DNA of 52,207 nt from Clostridia bacterium (lineage in GTDB: Bacteria; CBDUZB01; JAGLHV01): NCBI GenBank assembly GCA_030637025.1, contig DAOVVV010000018.1, forward strand, positions 1 through 52,207, given 5' to 3'. The notes beneath the pieces are model-generated. The model had not been told where the DNA came from. It was given only the letters and a program-made list of their open reading frames with translations, and did not search any database. The translations under genes were made by a program, and so were the position numbers. Of this stretch, positions 47,481 through 52,207 are shown one piece after another (positions within the stretch are counted from its first letter, which is position 1; each line of letters starts with the position of its first letter).

Positions 47481-47576
47481 ATGAAAGACGGGTGGAAAAA
47501 CAATTTAAGTTTTAAAATAATTGCTTTTGTTTTAGCTGTCGTTTTGTGGTTATATCTTAAAATAATTAGAGGATAA
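47481..47576 (+). CDS. 31-aa TM-only CdaR/YbbR-like peptide (or truncated cdaR)
   Basis: MKDGWKNNLSFKIIAFVLAVVLWLYLKIIRG*; resembles the CdaR N-terminal anchor (N..LKI.S..LA..LW.YV) and sits in the cdaR position. Confidence 0.7.
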   Translation: MKDGWKNNLSFKIIAFVLAVVLWLYLKIIRG

Positions 47577-47619
47577 AAATTAAAATAATAGTAATAGCTA
47601 AAAAAGGGGAGCAGTAAAA

Positions 47620-48336
47620 ATGCCTAAACTGGGAGTAAATATTGATCATGTTGCAACATTAAGACAGGCAAGATTGTCTAAAGAGCCGGATCCTATTGCC
47701 GCAGCAGTTATGGTAGAATTAGCCGGAGCAGAAGGAATAACAGTGCATTTAAGAGAGGACAGACGGCATATTCAGGATCGCGATGTTTTTTTGTTAAAAG
47801 AAACGATAAAAACCAGGTTGAATTTGGAAATGGCGGCAATTGATGAAATGGTAAAAATTGCTTGTAAATTAAAGCCGGATACTGTTTGTCTTGTTCCGGA
47901 AAAAAGGAAAGAACTAACTACTGAGGGCGGATTGAATGTTTGTATTAATAAGAATTATTTAAAGAAGGTTGTCTCTATTTTACAAAGAAAAGGAATTATG
48001 GTAAGTTTATTCATTGATCCTGATTTTCAACAGATAAAAGCAGCCCAGGAGATAAAAGCACACTGTGTGGAATTGCATACAGGCCGCTATGCTGAGGCTA
48101 AAGAAGAACGGACCAGAGCAAAACAATTAAAACAATTACGGTTGGCGGGAGATTTAGCCATAAAATTAGGATTGAGATTAAATGCCGGGCATGGCTTGGA
48201 TTACAAAAATGTTATTCCTGTAGCCCAAATTGGGGGAATAGAGGATTTGAATATTGGCCACAGCATAATAGCACGGGCAATTTTAGTGGGATTGTATCAA
48301 GCAGTGAAAGAAATGAAAAGTTTGATTGGAAACTAA
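47620..48336 (+). CDS. pdxJ: Pyridoxine 5'-phosphate synthase
   Basis: [42 protein letters not shown] motifs. Confidence 0.98.
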   Translation: MPKLGVNIDHVATLRQARLSKEPDPIAAAVMVELAGAEGITVHLREDRRHIQDRDVFLLKETIKTRLNLEMAAIDEMVKIACKLKPDTVCLVPEKRKELTTEGGLNVCINKNYLKKVVSILQRKGIMVSLFIDPDFQQIKAAQEIKAHCVELHTGRYAEAKEERTRAKQLKQLRLAGDLAIKLGLRLNAGHGLDYKNVIPVAQIGGIEDLNIGHSIIARAILVGLYQAVKEMKSLIGN

Positions 48337-48495
48337 TAGTTCATGGCGAATAGTACAAATTGTGGTATTCTGAAAATTAATAGCGAATGGCAAATGTGTT
48401 TGTAGTTGCTCAATGAACTTGTATTGAGTGTAATCGAAGTATTGAGCAGAAATGTTTGGGATTTTGAAATTGGGAATTTGAAGTTTGGAAGTTTT
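48336..48495. repeat. Composite heptamer arrays plus REP-like hairpin between pdxJ and radA
   Basis: ATAGTTC ATGGCGA ATAG; ATAGCGA ATGGCAA; TGCTCAAT...ATTGAGCA inverted repeat; GTTTGGGATTTTGAAATTGGGAATTTGAAGTTTGGAAGTTT. Confidence 0.7.
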
Positions 48496-48553
48496 TTGGT
48501 CATTGTTAGAAGTAAAGATGAAAAATTAGAAAGAGAAAGTAGTAAAAGAGTTT

Positions 48554-49987
48554 ATGTCTAAAATAAAGATTTCTTTTCGTTGTCAGGAATGTGGTTATAG
48601 TAGTTTGCGTTGGCTAGGTAGATGTCCTGATTGTCAACAGTGGAATAGTTTAGTTGAAGAGGCAGAAACAGAAAAAGAAACAGGTGTTTCTCGGTATTTT
48701 ACTCAATGGAAAAAAGAGAAACCACAATCAATCAAAAAAATTGAAAAAGACAAAATAATTCATTTAGCTACAGGTATTAAAGAATTTGACCATATTTTGG
48801 GAGGGGGGGTAGTTCCGGGCTCATTAATTTTAATAGGCGGTCCTCCGGGTATAGGAAAATCTACTTTATTGTTGCAAGTAGCGGATAAATTAGCAAAAAT
48901 TGATTTTGAAAGAAAAGAATTATCAGATTTAAAAAAACAGCAAATAGGCTCTTTTTTATCCGGACAAAACTGCAGGGTTTTATATGTTAGCGGGGAAGAG
49001 TCAATTCAGCAGACGAAACTTAGAGCGGAAAGGTTAAAAGTCGATGCAGAAAAATTATTTATCGTTAGTGAAACAAATTTGGAGAATATATTCGATTATT
49101 TTCAAAACCTAAAGCCCGCTTTTGTAATAATTGATTCAATACAAACAATTTATAAGTCTGTTTTATCCGGTATTCCAGGTAGTGTTGGTCAAGTAAGAGA
49201 ATGCACTATGGAATTATTGCGTATGGCTAAGAGTAATAATATAGCAATATTTATTTCCGGACAGGTGACGAAGGAGGGAACAATCGCCGGTCCACGAATA
49301 CTGGAACACATGGTAGACACTGTACTTTATTTTGAAGGAGAAAACCACTTAAGTTGCCGTATATTACGCGTACATAAAAATCGTTTTGGTTCGACTAACG
49401 AAATTGGAATTTTTAATATGCGGGATAAAGGGTTATTTGAAGTAGAAAATTCTACGAGTTTTTTTTTATCTAAACAACCGCGGGAAATATCAGGTTCTAC
49501 GGTAGTGGTCAGTTTAGAAGGAACACGGCCGTTGTTGATAGAAATTCAGGTTTTAATTACAGCTACTAGTTTCAGTATCCCTCAGCGAAGAACAATTGGG
49601 ATTGATTTTAATAGGTTATCTCTCCTGTTAGCTGTATTGGAAAAAAGAATAGGGTTATCGTTAGGGACAAAGGATATTTTTGTTAATGCGGCAGGGGGTA
49701 TTCAGGTAAAAGAGCCGGCTATAGATTTAGGAATTGCCATAGCCGCAGTTTCAAGTTTTAAAGATATTCCTTGTAAAATGCATATGGTTATTATGGGGGA
49801 AGTTGGATTGGGGGGTGAAATTAGAGCTGTAAGTTTTATCGAGAAGAGAATCAAAGAAGCGTCTAAGTTAGGTTTCAGGGAATGTATAATTCCCAAGGAT
49901 AATCTTGACGGTTTAAAGATAAAAGAGAAAATTAAAATAAAAGCAGTAAGTAATATAAGAGATGCTTTAAATTGTTATTTTAATTGA
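48554..49987 (+). CDS. radA: DNA repair protein RadA/Sms
   Basis: C4 zinc finger, GPPGIGKST, YVSGEES, KNRFG, Lon-like C-terminus. Confidence 0.97.
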   Translation: MSKIKISFRCQECGYSSLRWLGRCPDCQQWNSLVEEAETEKETGVSRYFTQWKKEKPQSIKKIEKDKIIHLATGIKEFDHILGGGVVPGSLILIGGPPGIGKSTLLLQVADKLAKIDFERKELSDLKKQQIGSFLSGQNCRVLYVSGEESIQQTKLRAERLKVDAEKLFIVSETNLENIFDYFQNLKPAFVIIDSIQTIYKSVLSGIPGSVGQVRECTMELLRMAKSNNIAIFISGQVTKEGTIAGPRILEHMVDTVLYFEGENHLSCRILRVHKNRFGSTNEIGIFNMRDKGLFEVENSTSFFLSKQPREISGSTVVVSLEGTRPLLIEIQVLITATSFSIPQRRTIGIDFNRLSLLLAVLEKRIGLSLGTKDIFVNAAGGIQVKEPAIDLGIAIAAVSSFKDIPCKMHMVIMGEVGLGGEIRAVSFIEKRIKEASKLGFRECIIPKDNLDGLKIKEKIKIKAVSNIRDALNCYFN

Positions 49988-50036
49988 CAAATCTATAAAG
50001 AAGTTAATTTAATTATAAAAAGGATGTGAAACTAAA

Positions 50037-51077
50037 ATGTTTATTTGGTTTGTCCGCTTATTAGTTATTATAGCCAGTCCTATTATTGGATATCTTCAGG
50101 TTTCGAGTGATGCCAAAGGCATCTTGGTCGGAGTGGGAGTAGGATTGGTGTTAATTTTAATCGAAATTGTAGTCGAAAAAATATCTTTGGGAAGTATTAT
50201 TGCAGCTACTATTGGAATAGTAATCGGATTAATTTTTGCTAAACTGTTGGAGTATACGGTTTTTTTAATGGATGATATTCGGGTAACTGCCTTTTTTGAA
50301 ACCTATTCTCTTTTGATTAAGATTATGTTAGCCTACACAGGATTTATCATTGCCTTGAGAAAAAAAGAGGAATTGGATATCTTGGATAAAGACATTGTTT
50401 TTTCAGATAAAGGCAAGAAGGGAAAAAATTTTAAAATTTTAGATACAAGTGCAATTATTGATGGAAGAATTGCTGATATAATAGAGACAAGATTTTTAGG
50501 GGGGGTTTTGATTGTTCCTCAATTTGTTTTGGATGAATTGCAAAACATTGCCGATGCTTCTGATCCCTTAAGGCGTGCTAAGGGAAGAAGGGGGTTGGAT
50601 ATTTTAGACCGTCTTCAAAAAGAACAATTTTTACCTATAAAAATTTATGAAGGTGATTATTCTGAAATTGATGAAGTGGATAAAAAACTGTTAAAATTAG
50701 CAGAAGACTTGAATTCTGAAATAATTACAACAGATTATAATCTTAATAAAGTAGCAAAATTACATGGAATAATGGTTTTAAACGTTAATGACCTTTCCAA
50801 CGCCCTAAAACCTATATTTTTACCAGGTGAACGAATGAATATGTTTATAGTAAAAGAAGGGAAAGAAAGAAAGCAGGGTATTGCTTATCTTGACGACGGT
50901 ACCATGGTGGTAGTAGAAGATGGTAAAAATTTTATAGGTAAAAGAGTGGCTATAGTTGTAACCACTATTTTACAAACCCCGGCAGGAAGAATGATTTTTG
51001 CTAAATTTATAAGTGAAGAAAATTCAAATATCAGCAAAAATAATAATAGAAAAAGAAATGATAATGGTGAAAAATAA
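50037..51077 (+). CDS. yacL: Membrane PIN/TRAM domain protein (YacL family)
   Basis: N-terminal TM helices; LDTSAIIDGRI; TTDYNLNKVA; GIAYLDDGTMVVVE; QTPAGRMIFA. Confidence 0.93.
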   Translation: MFIWFVRLLVIIASPIIGYLQVSSDAKGILVGVGVGLVLILIEIVVEKISLGSIIAATIGIVIGLIFAKLLEYTVFLMDDIRVTAFFETYSLLIKIMLAYTGFIIALRKKEELDILDKDIVFSDKGKKGKNFKILDTSAIIDGRIADIIETRFLGGVLIVPQFVLDELQNIADASDPLRRAKGRRGLDILDRLQKEQFLPIKIYEGDYSEIDEVDKKLLKLAEDLNSEIITTDYNLNKVAKLHGIMVLNVNDLSNALKPIFLPGERMNMFIVKEGKERKQGIAYLDDGTMVVVEDGKNFIGKRVAIVVTTILQTPAGRMIFAKFISEENSNISKNNNRKRNDNGEK

Positions 51078-51157
51078 AAGCAATTATGAGTAAATATAAT
51101 GTGCTATTCAGGTAAAAGCAAAAAAGAAAGTAGTTTCGGGAAAGAGGATGTTTTAAA

Positions 51158-51862
51158 TTGAAGAATGCAGCTATAATTGTATCTGCCGGTTCTGGAAAAA
51201 GAATGAAATCTTTAGGAAAGAAAGTAAAAAAGCAATACCTTCCTTTAGCAAATCAACCTATTTTGATTCATACGCTAAAAAAATTTGAAGAGTTGAAAGA
51301 AATTTCCGAAATTATTTTAGTTTTGCCTAAGGGCGAAATTAATTATTTTAAAGAATGTTGGATTAAAAAATATAATTTTTTAAAAATAAAAAAAATTATT
51401 GCAGGAGGGAGTAGAAGGCAAATTTCTGTAAGTAAAGGATTAAAAAATGTTTCCAAAGATTGTAAATTGATAGTTATACATGATGGGGTAAGGCCGTTAG
51501 TCAGAAAGGAAATTATTATTCGGGCAATTAAAGCGGCTTCTAAATACGGTGCTAGTATTGTAGGTGTACCGGTTAAAGAAACTATAAAAACAGTAAAAAA
51601 TAAATGGGTGAAAAGCACGTTAAAAAGAGAAGATTTGTGGTCTATTCAAACACCACAGGTTTTTAAACAAGATTTAATTAAAAAAGCCTATTTGAAAGCA
51701 GAGAGAGAAAAAATTTATGCAAATGATGATGCCCAGCTAGTAGAAAACTTAGGTAAAAAAATCAGGTTGGTTTTAAGTAATTATGAAAATATTAAAATAA
51801 CGACTCCCAATGATTTAATAATCGCGGAAGAAATTTTAAAAAGAAGAAAAAAAATTAAATAA
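51158..51862 (+). CDS. ispD: 2-C-methyl-D-erythritol 4-phosphate cytidylyltransferase
   Basis: SAGSGKRM, KQY, IHDGVRP, QTPQVF, NIKITTPND motifs; TTG start. Confidence 0.96.
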   Translation: MKNAAIIVSAGSGKRMKSLGKKVKKQYLPLANQPILIHTLKKFEELKEISEIILVLPKGEINYFKECWIKKYNFLKIKKIIAGGSRRQISVSKGLKNVSKDCKLIVIHDGVRPLVRKEIIIRAIKAASKYGASIVGVPVKETIKTVKNKWVKSTLKREDLWSIQTPQVFKQDLIKKAYLKAEREKIYANDDAQLVENLGKKIRLVLSNYENIKITTPNDLIIAEEILKRRKKIK

Positions 51863-51939
51863 AGTCCATAACCAACGGAATAAAAACAACAGACATATGA
51901 AGTATGAGTTTAAAAAAATTGGAGTTGGGAGTTTTAAAG

Positions 51940-52037
51940 AATAGTCATAAGTAGTTGATCAATAGTCAAAAAATAGTTCAACGTAGTTTGTGACAATGTA
52001 TGACGCGAACGAAGTGAGTATATGACTATTTTTGACA
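51940..52037. repeat. Inverted pair of ~10-nt-periodic arrays
   Basis: Left units AATAGTCATA, AATAGTCAAA and AATAGTTCAA; right units TGACAATGTATGAC and TATGACTATTTTTGAC. 51940-51949 is the exact reverse complement of 52021-52030. Confidence 0.7.
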
Positions 52038-52087
52038 TGGTATTCAGGAGTTAGGGGGTAGAATAAAGGCAAAATATGTTTTTCTCT

Positions 52088-52203
52088 AAACGCATAATTT
52101 TACCCTTCGGGCACGCAAAAACAAGCTAAAAATAAGCAACTCGCTTTGCTCAGACAAGCTTATTTTTTTAACGCTAATTTTTGCTAAAATTTGCTAAGTC
52201 GTT
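52088..52203 (+). ncRNA. Structured element resembling the Clostridiales-1 RNA motif
   Basis: Nested stems GCATAATTTTA/TAAAATTTGC, GCAAAAA/TTTTTGC and AAAAATAAGC/GCTTATTTTT close the loop AACTCGCTTTGCTCAGACAA; side cUUCGg hairpin. The family assignment is from memory. Confidence 0.5.
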
Positions 52204-52207
52204 CAAA

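Overview
Chromosomal window from an AT-rich, apparently diderm bacterium (it encodes TolC and several outer-membrane beta-barrels); the lineage cannot be assigned from sequence alone. Left part (1-8.5 kb): the 3' end of a very repetitive fibre-like protein, a 1931-aa DUF11/SdrD-B/beta-barrel surface protein and a small barrel-like protein. Next come a stand-alone GlmU-type acetyltransferase and glmM. An ~8.7-kb decayed genomic island follows (11572-20252). It is bounded by a 9-bp direct repeat matching the tRNA-His 3' end and carries a CusCBA-type Cu/Ag efflux operon with an embedded GDCCVxC protein, truncated genes at both operon ends, and what looks like the last ~28 codons of a large serine recombinase. 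The rest is housekeeping DNA: 9 tRNAs including Arg-UCG, rdgB-rph-valS, two OM barrels, tig-clpP-clpX-lon, class V aminotransferase-serA, a PilH/I/G-like ABC trio, and tilS-ftsH-folE-folP-cdaA-(mini cdaR)-pdxJ-radA-yacL-ispD. The most interesting unannotated signals are the island architecture, a 31-aa transmembrane-only CdaR-like ORF, a 19-bp-spacer promoter ahead of the efflux operon, intergenic 7- and 10-nt-periodic arrays oriented with transcription, several REP/PATE-like palindromes and a multi-stem element at the right edge. All family calls come from motif recognition by eye; no database searches were run.
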